Part shown: piece by piece, positions 19,105 through 27,705 of the stretch
Layout of the letters: every line of letters begins with the position of its first letter
How positions within the stretch are numbered: position 1 is the first letter of the stretch
Assembly (NCBI GenBank): GCA_965203355.1
Contig: OZ241889.1
Location: 3,520,001 to 3,584,000 of the forward strand
Direction of reading: 5' to 3'
Source: Candidatus Latescibacterota bacterium
GTDB lineage: Bacteria > Latescibacterota > UBA2968 > UBA8231
Length of the DNA: 64,000 bases
The notes under the pieces: model-generated
The model's database searches: none
The model's input: only the letters and a program-made list of their open reading frames with translations
What the model was told of the DNA's origin: nothing
Position numbers and translations under genes: made by a program

Positions 19105-21167
19105 CGCGTCTCTCCCTCCCGCAGCAACAAATGCTGATCGGCCTCGACGTCCCGATACACATCAACCTGCCCACTAGGCCACTTCACCTCAATGCGGTCG
19201 GCCCGCACTCGTTGCCCCAAACCAAACTCCAACTCCAAGCTGTTGCTGTTGCCAAAGCTGTATCCAGAAGCCACTTCGGCAAACTGCACCAAGTCGCCGG
19301 CCTGCACCCGCACCTTAGCACCGATTCCGTCGCGATTGCTCTCCACGCCTTCCAACTCCAGCACCAAGTAGTGATGGCCAAAGCCTTCGCTGCGGTACAA
19401 CGCATTGGGCCACTGGTCGCCCGGCTGTGCCCCCCCCACCGGCGCGTACAGGTCGAGGTCGCCGTCGCGGTCGTAGTCGGCAAAGGTCACGCCGTGCGAT
19501 TTGCCCAAGTGCCCCAGCCCGGCCGCGACCGTCGCATCGACAAAGGTGCCATCGCCCCGATTGCGAAAAAGCACATCCGGCTCGCGCCGCCCCATCTGCG
19601 GCCCGCCGTTGCCGAGATAGATATCGACCCAGCCATCGTTATCCACATCGCCGGAAACGCCGCTCATCGTGCCCAGCGCACGCGCCAGCCCGGCCGCGGC
19701 CGTCACATCGGCAAAGGTGCCGTCGCCCCGATTGCGGAAAAGCACGGGCCGGTCGCGCTGGCTCGTGGATGTGCCAGCGACCCGATCCGCCAGCACCACC
19801 GGGTACTGGCTCCAGTTGCCCACGAAGAGGTCCAGCGCACCGTCGTTGTCGTAATCGAGAACAAACGTTATAAAGCCGTCGATGTGTTCAGCACCGACGC
19901 CAGCCACCGCCGTCGCATCGACAAACGCCCCGTCGCCCCGATTGCGAAAGAGCACATTCGGCTCGGTAAAATTACACGCGTACAAATCGGGCCAACTATC
20001 GCCATCAAAGTCGCCCCACGCCGCGCTCAACGTCTGCCCCTTGTGCGCCACTCCGGCCGCGACCGCCACATCGGCGAAGGTGCCGTTTCCTTGGTTGCGA
20101 TAGAGCACATTGGTCGAATCGCCGGTCGCACCCGTGCCGTTGGCAACGTAGATATCGAGATGGCCGTCGCGGTCGAAGTCGCTCCACGCGGCGCAAAAGC
20201 TCGACCCCGGATCGCCCGTGCCCGATGCTTCCGTCACATCGGCAAAGACGCCGCGGCCATCGTTTTGGAAGAGTGCGTTCACCCCGCCGCCAAACCACCC
20301 ATCGCGCGTCGCGTATATATCGGCGTCCCCATCGTTGTCGTAGTCGGCTGTCTGCACTCCAATTCCGCCATCGGGCAGCACCAGCCCGGCGGCCTGGGTC
20401 CGCTCGGCAAAACGCGCGCCATCGTTGCGGAAGTACGCCAGCTCTGGATGGCCGATGACGACCAAATCGAGATCGCCGTCCTCGTCGTAGTCGGCCCAAG
20501 CGCTGGCGCGGCCTCCATCGAATTTATCGACCCCGGCCTCGGCCCCAATCTCGCTAAACCGCCCGCTGATGATCCCCTGCGGCACCGCATCGGCAAATGC
20601 CTCGGTCGCCGGCCGCCCCAAGGCTTCCTGCAACCACTTGCGGTGCCAGCGCAACTCCAGCGGCTCGGGATGCAGCGCCACCGCCTGCTGCAAAATCGAA
20701 TCAGCGCGGGCGTAGTCCTCTTGCCACAGTGCGGCCATCGCCGCCCAGTAGAGCGACTCATAGCCCTCGGGATCGACGGCCAGCGCCCGCTGCAAGTACT
20801 GTTCCGCCTGCTCAAATTGCCCCTCTTCCAGCGCCTCTTTCCCCCGCCCCAAAAACGTCTCCAACACCAAAGACCGCGCCGCCGTTAATTCAGGGTCCAG
20901 GGCCGCGGCTTGTTCCAGCAACGCCACGCCTTCTTCGATGCGCCCTTGCACGAGCCGCACCCTTCCTAGCTGCCAGTAGCCCTCGGCCGCGGCCGGTTCC
21001 AGCCGGACGCAATCGGCAAAGGCACGCTCGGCCGCCCGGAGCCGATAGCGCTCCAGCAAGTCCAAGCCCCGGCGGTACGACTGATGGAACGCTTCTGAGC
21101 GGTTGGTCGGCTCTTGGCAGCCGCTTACAGAAGAGATAGCAAGGGTAATCACCAGCAGAATAGTCAT
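19101..21167 (-). CDS. TPR + CRTAC1/ASPIC-UnbV fusion, probable lipoprotein
   Basis: VSGC lipobox-like motif, N-terminal TPRs, FG-GAP-like D.D.DGD.D repeats, SNRDGIGAKV...LEFGLG...KWPSG. Confidence 0.88.
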   Translation of the reverse strand: MTILLVITLAISSVSGCQEPTNRSEAFHQSYRRGLDLLERYRLRAAERAFADCVRLEPAAAEGYWQLGRVRLVQGRIEEGVALLEQAAALDPELTAARSLVLETFLGRGKEALEEGQFEQAEQYLQRALAVDPEGYESLYWAAMAALWQEDYARADSILQQAVALHPEPLELRWHRKWLQEALGRPATEAFADAVPQGIISGRFSEIGAEAGVDKFDGGRASAWADYDEDGDLDLVVIGHPELAYFRNDGARFAERTQAAGLVLPDGGIGVQTADYDNDGDADIYATRDGWFGGGVNALFQNDGRGVFADVTEASGTGDPGSSFCAAWSDFDRDGHLDIYVANGTGATGDSTNVLYRNQGNGTFADVAVAAGVAHKGQTLSAAWGDFDGDSWPDLYACNFTEPNVLFRNRGDGAFVDATAVAGVGAEHIDGFITFVLDYDNDGALDLFVGNWSQYPVVLADRVAGTSTSQRDRPVLFRNRGDGTFADVTAAAGLARALGTMSGVSGDVDNDGWVDIYLGNGGPQMGRREPDVLFRNRGDGTFVDATVAAGLGHLGKSHGVTFADYDRDGDLDLYAPVGGAQPGDQWPNALYRSEGFGHHYLVLELEGVESNRDGIGAKVRVQAGDLVQFAEVASGYSFGNSNSLELEFGLGQRVRADRIEVKWPSGQVDVYRDVEADQHLLLREGETR

Positions 21168-21266
21168 GGCAAAAACAACATCCGCTGTCTTTTGCCTGCT
21201 GTCAATTTCTAGTTACGTTGTCACGTCTCTTTTGCCATCCCTCACCCATAAAAAGGAGCATTCACC

Positions 21267-22379
21267 ATGAGATGGGCCCTCTTTCTCGCGGCGGTCCTGT
21301 GGGCGGCTTGGCCGCTCGCGGCCGAAGACCGCCCCGGCCTCGTGCTCGACGGCCAAGCCGCCCGGCTCGTCGTCGATTTAGGCGGCGGCTCCATTGCCGA
21401 CTTCCACCTCAAAAGCAATCCGCTCAATCCCCTGCAATGGGACTCGTGGTCTTTCGGCGAGACCCCGGACCAAGCACCGCCGATAGAGCCGCGCTCCATG
21501 GGGCACTTCCTCTGCCTCGACCGCTGGGGACCGGCCACCGCAGCCGAGCAGGCGCACGGCATGGGTTGGCACGGCGAGGCCACGCGCGTGTGGTGGACCG
21601 TAGATGAAGACGTCCGCGCAGCGGACGGGCACCTCGTGGCCCAAATGTCGGCCAAGCTGCCCTTGGCCGGCCTCGAGGTCTCGCGGTCGATTCGCCTGGC
21701 TCAGGATCGGGCTGTCTTTGCAGTCGCCGAAGCCGTCGCCAATACGCGCCATTTGGGCCGCGTGTACAACATCGTCCAGCACCCGACCATTGGCCCGCCC
21801 TTTTTAGACGAGAGCACTCGCGTCGACGCCAACGGCACACGCGGCTTTATGCAGGAGACGCCCATGCCAACGCCCGAAGACCCAGCGGTGCGCTGGCCTC
21901 ACGCACGCAAAAAGGACGGCACCGAGGTCGATATTCGCTACTTGACGAGCGATGCTTCGCCAGCGGTCGTTTCGTACATAATCGAGGAAAAATACGGCTG
22001 GACCACGGCCATCAACGCCAGCAAAGGGCTGCTGATCGGCTACATCTGGCCGACGGAAGAATATCCTTGGTTCGACGCTTGGCGGCACGTCCGCGACGGC
22101 CAGCCCTTTGCCCGGGGCCTAGAGTTCGGCACGACCGGCCTGCACCAACCCACACCAGTACTCGTGCAAAAAGGCCGCATATTTGGCCGGCAAATTTTGC
22201 GTTTCATCGACGCTGACGAGACCCAAGTTTTCACCTACGCCAACTTTCTCATGGAGATTCCCACCGACTTTGCCGGCGTCGCCGATGTCGAATACGCGGC
22301 CGGCCGGCTCCTAGTGCGCGAGGACGCCGAGCCGGGCCGCGAACTGACGATGGAAGTGGGAGCGCTTTTTGCGTGGTGA
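21267..22379 (+). CDS. Secreted hypothetical protein, possibly galactose-mutarotase-like fold
   Basis: AAGGAG RBS and signal peptide; GGSI, GHFLCLDRWG, HGEA, QHPTIG and GLEFGT resemble aldose-epimerase-like proteins. Confidence 0.55.
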   Translation: MRWALFLAAVLWAAWPLAAEDRPGLVLDGQAARLVVDLGGGSIADFHLKSNPLNPLQWDSWSFGETPDQAPPIEPRSMGHFLCLDRWGPATAAEQAHGMGWHGEATRVWWTVDEDVRAADGHLVAQMSAKLPLAGLEVSRSIRLAQDRAVFAVAEAVANTRHLGRVYNIVQHPTIGPPFLDESTRVDANGTRGFMQETPMPTPEDPAVRWPHARKKDGTEVDIRYLTSDASPAVVSYIIEEKYGWTTAINASKGLLIGYIWPTEEYPWFDAWRHVRDGQPFARGLEFGTTGLHQPTPVLVQKGRIFGRQILRFIDADETQVFTYANFLMEIPTDFAGVADVEYAAGRLLVREDAEPGRELTMEVGALFAW

Positions 22380-25300
22380 AGTGCGCCCTCCGCCCAGGAC
22401 AGATACTGACCGGCCCGCTGTTTAGCGAGCCGATGCGCGTGGAAACGGTGCGCGCCAACGGCACTGATTATCTGGCGGTCGGCCTGGTCGGCCAACGGTC
22501 CGAGCAATTCCGTCAGGTCGTGCTCTCTCCCGCTGACATTTCCAATTTGACCATTGCCGACCCAGTGCTTTCCTACGACGGCGACGGGCGGCTTTTGCGC
22601 CTCGGCCTCCAAGCTTACGCGCTCGGCATAGCCTACGAGTTCGATCCCTATTTCGGGCTTTCCATCTCGCGCGTCGATCCGCTGCCGCACCAACTCGAAG
22701 CGGTGTACGAGCACCTCCTCAAGCTGCCCAGTGTGCGCTTCTTGCTCGCCGACGACGCCGGCGCGGGCAAGACCATCATGGCCGGGCTCTTGATCCGCGA
22801 GCTCAAGCTCCGGGGTCTCATCGAACGAGTGCTCGTCGTCTGCCCGGCCAACCTGACGTTTCAGTGGCAGCGCGAGCTCAAGGAAAAGTTCGACGAGAAG
22901 TTCCTAGTGATGAAGGGCAGCGATATCCGCGATCAATTCGGGGTTAATCAGTGGCTAGAGCAAAAGCAAATCATCACCTCGCTCGACCTCGCCAAGCGCA
23001 CCGAGATCTTGCCCGGCCTGCAACAGGTGCCTTGGGACCTGGTGATTATTGATGAAGCGCACCGCATGTCGGCGCGGGACGAGACCCACAAGAGCCAGCG
23101 TTACCGACTGGGAGAATTATTGCGCGACTGCGCCGATCACCTGCTGTTACTGACCGCCACGCCCCACCGGGGAGACCCGCAGAACTTCACCCTGTTCCTG
23201 CAACTGCTCGATCGCGATGCGTACGCCGATGTGCGTTCAATCCGCGAGGCCATGGCGCGGCGGCGCGCCCCTTTTTACCTGCGGCGCACCAAAGAAGCCA
23301 TGGTGTATTTCCCCGAGCGTCAGACCGACGGAACATGGGCTGCGAAGCCGGTTTTTACCAAACGCATCCCGCACACCGCCGAGTTCGCTATTGAAGGGGC
23401 TGAGTTCTCGCTGTACCAAAATGTCACGCGGTTTGTGAAACGGCAGAGTGCCCGCGCCGCCGCACAAGGCGACGACCCGCGCGCCCGAGCCGTTGGTTTC
23501 CTGATGTCGCTGTACCAGCGGCGGCTCGCCTCCAGCACCTACGCCATGCGGCGGTCGCTCGAAAATCGCGCCCGGCGGCTGGAGGATGGTCTCAAGCGCG
23601 CCGAGGAGTTGGCGAGGACCGCACCGCCAGACCTTTCCGATTTAGCAGAGTTGGAGGAATTGGAAGATGCCGAGCGCGAGCGTCTAGAGGCCATGCTAGA
23701 GGCCATTACGCTGGCCGGCAACGCCGCGCAGATCCGCGCCGAGATCCGCGAACTTCGCCAGTTTGCCCAAGAAGCTAAAGCCGTCGAAGACTCAGGCTGC
23801 GAGGCAAAGCTCGGACATCTGCGGAAGATCATGCGGGAGGAAGGGTTTTTCGACCGGCCCGATCAGCAACTGCTGCTCTTCACCGAATTCAAGGACACCC
23901 TCAACTACCTGATGGAGCACCTGCAAGCCTGGGGCTTCCGCGTCGGCTGCATCCACGGCGGCATGACGCCTGGCTCACGCCGCGAACCGGGCAGCCGGCT
24001 CTACACCGAACAGCAGTTCCGCGAAGGTGCCATCCAGATTTTAGTGGCCACCGAAGCGGCTGGGGAAGGCATCAATCTTCAGTGCTGCCACATCCTCTTC
24101 AACTACGACATTCCTTGGAACCCGAACCGGCTCGAACAGCGCATGGGCCGCATCCACCGCTATGGCCAGCGACGCGATTGCCTAATTTTCAACTTCGTAG
24201 CGACCAACACTATCGAGGGGCAGGTGCTCCAGCGCTTGTTGGACAAGTTGCAAGAAATTCGCGACGCCCTCGACGACGACGCCGTGTTCAACGTGATCGG
24301 CGAAGTCTTACCGTCGGTCCGCGTCGAGGGCGTACTGCGGGACTACTACGCCGGGCGGTTGGGGGACTCTGACCTTGAAGAGCGGCTCTTGCAAGACGTG
24401 GATGAAGGCCGCTTCCGCGACATCTGCCAGACGGCGTTGGAAGGGTTGGCCTCTAAGAAGATCAACCTCGACATGCTCGTCGAGCGCCGGGCCAAGGCCC
24501 AAGAGCGGCGCGTCGTACCCGAGACCATTGCGCGGTTCATCGCCGAGTGCGCCCAACACGCGGCCCTAACGCTGAAGCCGGTACACCACTTGGCGCACAC
24601 CTTCGATCCGGGGCGCACCCCGTCCAAGTTGAAGGAATACGAGCGCGAGTCGGACTGGAGGCTCTCGGAACTGGCGATGCGTTATCCACGCTTGTCAACG
24701 GACCGCGACACCGCCGAACAACACAACCTCGAATGGGTGACCCCAGGGCACCCCCTGTTTGAGGCCCTGCGCCGGCACAGTCGCCAGCTCGGCCAAGAGG
24801 CCTTTGCCAAGGGGGCCTGTTTCCATTCCCTCGCACACACCGCACCGGCGCGCCTCGACTTCTACCGGGCGCAGGTCGTCGATGGTCTCGGCCAGGTGAT
24901 TCACGAACGGTTGTTCACCGTGGAGTTGACCGATGAAGGCGCACCCAGCCTCCGCGAGCCGGATGTCCTCGGCAATCTCAGTCCGGCTCCTGCTCCGGGC
25001 GATCTCCCGCCCGTAGCGGCTCTCCCAGAGGCGACCGCTTGGCTCCGCGAAAACGCCTTGGCACCCTTTATCAACGAAGTGCGCACCGAGCGTCTGGCCG
25101 AAGTCGAGCGCATTGCCAAGCACGTCGAACTGTCCTTGACCGAGGTCATACAGCGGGCCGACGAGGAGATTGGCCGCGCCGAAGAAGAGCCGCGTAATAA
25201 CGCAATCGGTGCTGAGGGCCGTTTGGCGCAGGCCGAAGCCCGCCATGCTGAGGTAATGGCCCGCCGCGACCGTCGGCGTGAAGAGTTTGAGCGGCAGCGG

Positions 25301-25795
25301 GCCCTGACCTTACAGAGAGTCGAGCGGCTCGCCAGCGTCTTGATCCTGCCTCACCCCGAGCGCGACACCCTCGATGTCCGGCGCTTGCGTCCCCATCCCG
25401 AAACCGAGATGACGGCCATGCGGGTGGTCGTGGAGTACGAGACCGCGCAGGGCCGTCAGGTCGAAGACGTCCACGAGAAAAATCTTGGCTACGATATAAC
25501 CAGCCTCGATCCAGCGTCCGGCGCGTTGCGTCTGATCGAGATAAAAGGACTCGCCGCCGCCACCGGCAGCATTCTGCTGACGCCCAACGAGCGGCGCGTC
25601 GCCGAAGATCGCCGCGATTGCTACTGGCTCTACGTGGTCACCCACTGCGCCAGCACCCCGGAGCTTCAGGAGCCGATCAAAGATCCAGCCCGGTTTCCGT
25701 GGCGCGAATTCACCAAAGTGGAGCACTACTATCTGAGCGTTGACACGCTCAAACAGCCGATGGAAATTCGGGAAGACGAAGGGCATTACCGATGA
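22376..25795 (+). CDS. SNF2-family helicase with C-terminal DUF3883-like nuclease domain
   Basis: PLPHQ, LLADDAGAGKT, DEAH, LLLTATP, TEAAGEGINLQ, WNPNRLEQRMGRIHRYGQ; C-terminal GYDI.S...IEIKG...LTPNE. GTG overlaps the upstream stop. Confidence 0.92.
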   Translation: MKCALRPGQILTGPLFSEPMRVETVRANGTDYLAVGLVGQRSEQFRQVVLSPADISNLTIADPVLSYDGDGRLLRLGLQAYALGIAYEFDPYFGLSISRVDPLPHQLEAVYEHLLKLPSVRFLLADDAGAGKTIMAGLLIRELKLRGLIERVLVVCPANLTFQWQRELKEKFDEKFLVMKGSDIRDQFGVNQWLEQKQIITSLDLAKRTEILPGLQQVPWDLVIIDEAHRMSARDETHKSQRYRLGELLRDCADHLLLLTATPHRGDPQNFTLFLQLLDRDAYADVRSIREAMARRRAPFYLRRTKEAMVYFPERQTDGTWAAKPVFTKRIPHTAEFAIEGAEFSLYQNVTRFVKRQSARAAAQGDDPRARAVGFLMSLYQRRLASSTYAMRRSLENRARRLEDGLKRAEELARTAPPDLSDLAELEELEDAERERLEAMLEAITLAGNAAQIRAEIRELRQFAQEAKAVEDSGCEAKLGHLRKIMREEGFFDRPDQQLLLFTEFKDTLNYLMEHLQAWGFRVGCIHGGMTPGSRREPGSRLYTEQQFREGAIQILVATEAAGEGINLQCCHILFNYDIPWNPNRLEQRMGRIHRYGQRRDCLIFNFVATNTIEGQVLQRLLDKLQEIRDALDDDAVFNVIGEVLPSVRVEGVLRDYYAGRLGDSDLEERLLQDVDEGRFRDICQTALEGLASKKINLDMLVERRAKAQERRVVPETIARFIAECAQHAALTLKPVHHLAHTFDPGRTPSKLKEYERESDWRLSELAMRYPRLSTDRDTAEQHNLEWVTPGHPLFEALRRHSRQLGQEAFAKGACFHSLAHTAPARLDFYRAQVVDGLGQVIHERLFTVELTDEGAPSLREPDVLGNLSPAPAPGDLPPVAALPEATAWLRENALAPFINEVRTERLAEVERIAKHVELSLTEVIQRADEEIGRAEEEPRNNAIGAEGRLAQAEARHAEVMARRDRRREEFERQRALTLQRVERLASVLILPHPERDTLDVRRLRPHPETEMTAMRVVVEYETAQGRQVEDVHEKNLGYDITSLDPASGALRLIEIKGLAAATGSILLTPNERRVAEDRRDCYWLYVVTHCASTPELQEPIKDPARFPWREFTKVEHYYLSVDTLKQPMEIREDEGHYR

Positions 25796-26172
25796 GCGAA
25801 AAGATCAAGCATCTCGAGTTCATTCAAGGCGTGGTCAATCGTCTTGGCACCAACTCGTTCCGTATCAAGGGGTGGGCCGTCATACTCGTGTCGGCACTTC
25901 TCGCTCTGATCGTCCGGGAAGATCGGCCCGATCTCGCTTGGATCGGACTCGTCCCGGTGTTCGTTTTCTGGGGGCTCGACAGCTATTTCCTGTGGCAGGA
26001 GCGGTTATTTCGCGACCTTTATGATCACATCCGCTTGCAAGAAAACCGTGTAGATTTTTCGATGGATACCTCGGCGTTTCGCCGATCTTGGCTTGGCGCG
26101 GTATTTTCGAGGACGCTACTTCCGTTTTACGGTGCATTGGCCGTAGCGGTCGCTATAGCCCTGTTTCTCTGA
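25792..26172 (+). CDS. Small (~3 TM) membrane protein adjacent to the TIR gene
   Basis: ATGA overlap with the helicase; HLEFIQGVVNRL..NSF.IKGW, three hydrophobic segments, LDSYFLWQERLFR. Confidence 0.8.
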   Translation: MSEKIKHLEFIQGVVNRLGTNSFRIKGWAVILVSALLALIVREDRPDLAWIGLVPVFVFWGLDSYFLWQERLFRDLYDHIRLQENRVDFSMDTSAFRRSWLGAVFSRTLLPFYGALAVAVAIALFL

Positions 26173-26199
26173 TAACCCGCCAAAAAGGAGTATGAGCAG

Positions 26200-26697
26200 A
26201 TGAAACGCAGAGTGTTTTACAGTTTTCACTACGATCAAGATAGTTGGCGAGCCGCTCAGGTACGCAACATCGGGGCGATTGAAGGAAATGAACCTGCTAG
26301 CGACAATGACTGGGAGGCAATCAAAAAGGGTGGGGATGAGGCAATCAAAAAATGGATCGCCGGACAGATGCAGGGCCGCACCTGCTGCGTTGTGCTGGTT
26401 GGTTCGAATACCGCCAATCGTAAGTGGATCAACCACGAGATCATCGAGGCATGGAACAAGGACATGGGTGTCGTCGGGATACACGTTCACGGCCTGAAGG
26501 ACAGCGATGGACACACATCATCAAAGGGCAAAAATCCATTCGACTTCATTACCTTGGGAAAGCAAGGTGAAAAGTTGTCATCCGTCGTGAGGTGTTATGA
26601 TCCATTGGGCAAGAACAGTCGCGAATGTTATGACTGGATCGCCAGGAACCTCGCGAACGAGGTGGAGGAAGCCATTCGGATTCGGAATGCACGATAA
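26200..26697 (+). CDS. TIR-domain protein (ThsB / MTH538 DUF1863-like)
   Basis: RVFYSFHY, WRAAQVRN, VVLVG..TA.RKWINHEI (catalytic Glu position intact), GIHVH.LKD; AAGGAG upstream. Confidence 0.88.
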   Translation: MKRRVFYSFHYDQDSWRAAQVRNIGAIEGNEPASDNDWEAIKKGGDEAIKKWIAGQMQGRTCCVVLVGSNTANRKWINHEIIEAWNKDMGVVGIHVHGLKDSDGHTSSKGKNPFDFITLGKQGEKLSSVVRCYDPLGKNSRECYDWIARNLANEVEEAIRIRNAR

Positions 26698-26730
26698 CTT
26701 TTCAGTCCTGTTTTCTGATGAGATGAGCCG

Positions 26731-26855
26731 ATGCCCCCCGCAACTGCAAGCGTCTGGCGGAAGTGGATTTTCCGATCGTGGTGCTGTCGCGGTACGCGAC
26801 GCGGGAAAAGTCGATTCGGCCCCCCCTCGACGCTTCGTATGTGGTGGCGCGGCGA
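26731..26855 (+). pseudogene. Decayed duplicate of the 5' end of the DUF1156-like methyltransferase gene
   Basis: Reads [25 protein letters not shown] against [25 protein letters not shown] in the gene starting at 27706; followed by indels. Confidence 0.88.
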
Positions 26856-26917
26856 TTCTTGACAGCATGTTTTGCTATCATTAGGCTCTTTCGCCTCAAA
26901 CCGATAAGGAGGCTGCG

Positions 26918-27175
26918 ATGAGTTCCACTGTCACTGTCCGCGATATTGACCCAGCAGACAAAGCCTGGCTCAAACGAGAAGCGCGCCAAGTCGGCGTGTC
27001 AATGGAAGAGTTTATCCGCCGTCTGATCCGCGAGAAGCGTGCCAAGGCCGATCACCGCACAACACCTTCCGAAGTTTTCAAGCGGTATTTTGGCCCCGAA
27101 CATGGCGTCGATCTGCCGGAGTCTGGGCACTATGTCTACCGAAAGGTCGAGTTCGCTGGTCAGAGTGAGGCATGA
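26918..27175 (+). CDS. Ribbon-helix-helix antitoxin (FitA/VapB-like)
   Basis: AAGGAGG RBS; TVTVRDID...L...A...GVSMEE.IR pattern; overlaps the PIN toxin gene. Confidence 0.8.
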   Translation: MSSTVTVRDIDPADKAWLKREARQVGVSMEEFIRRLIREKRAKADHRTTPSEVFKRYFGPEHGVDLPESGHYVYRKVEFAGQSEA

Positions 27176-27615
27176 ACGCTCCTGTTGCGTGGCTCCTCGA
27201 TACGAATGTCATCTCGGAGATGATGCGCCCGCATCCAGAACCGCGTGTCGCTGCGTTTCTGGATAAGATCGCTGACCAAGGAATTGGCCTTGCATCCATT
27301 ACTGTCTGGGAAATTCTCAACGGCATTGGCCTCCTCAATGTCGGACGGAGACGTGACACCCTCGCCGAGCGGTTTCAGAACCTTCTCGACGATCTCTTTG
27401 AGGAACGGATATTCGATTGGACTTTGGACGACGCTCGAGAATGCGCCCGCATCATGGAAGCGAAGCGGCGGCGGGGCGAGGCACTCGCAGACCACCTGCC
27501 GGACGCCTTTCTCGCGGCAACGGCGATCCGACGCAGCCTCACCATCGTCACCCGAAATACAAGTGAGTTCCGCAATACAGGCGTTGAAGTTGTCAACCCT
27601 TGGGCTGATGGGTGA
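27172..27615 (+). CDS. vapC: PIN-domain toxin (VapC/FitB-like)
   Basis: LLDTNVISE, ITVWEI..G, DAFLAATA, IVTRN..EF. Confidence 0.9.
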   Translation: MNAPVAWLLDTNVISEMMRPHPEPRVAAFLDKIADQGIGLASITVWEILNGIGLLNVGRRRDTLAERFQNLLDDLFEERIFDWTLDDARECARIMEAKRRRGEALADHLPDAFLAATAIRRSLTIVTRNTSEFRNTGVEVVNPWADG

Positions 27616-27705
27616 CAGGCGGTTCCACTGGCGGCGTTGCTTGGTGATCAGCCGAACGAATTTTTCAAGCACCATCCTGCCTCGGCAGAAACAGAAAGAG
27701 AATCC

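Noticed and set aside
19131-20888. Long antisense ORFs (also 9296-10387, 38994-40187, 44229-45602)
   Set aside because: These are shadow frames opposite well-supported genes in GC-rich DNA, with no recognisable motifs.
25792-26697. Canonical Thoeris ThsA-ThsB
   Set aside because: The partner is too small and has no SIR2, SLOG or Macro motifs; it is reported as a candidate variant instead.
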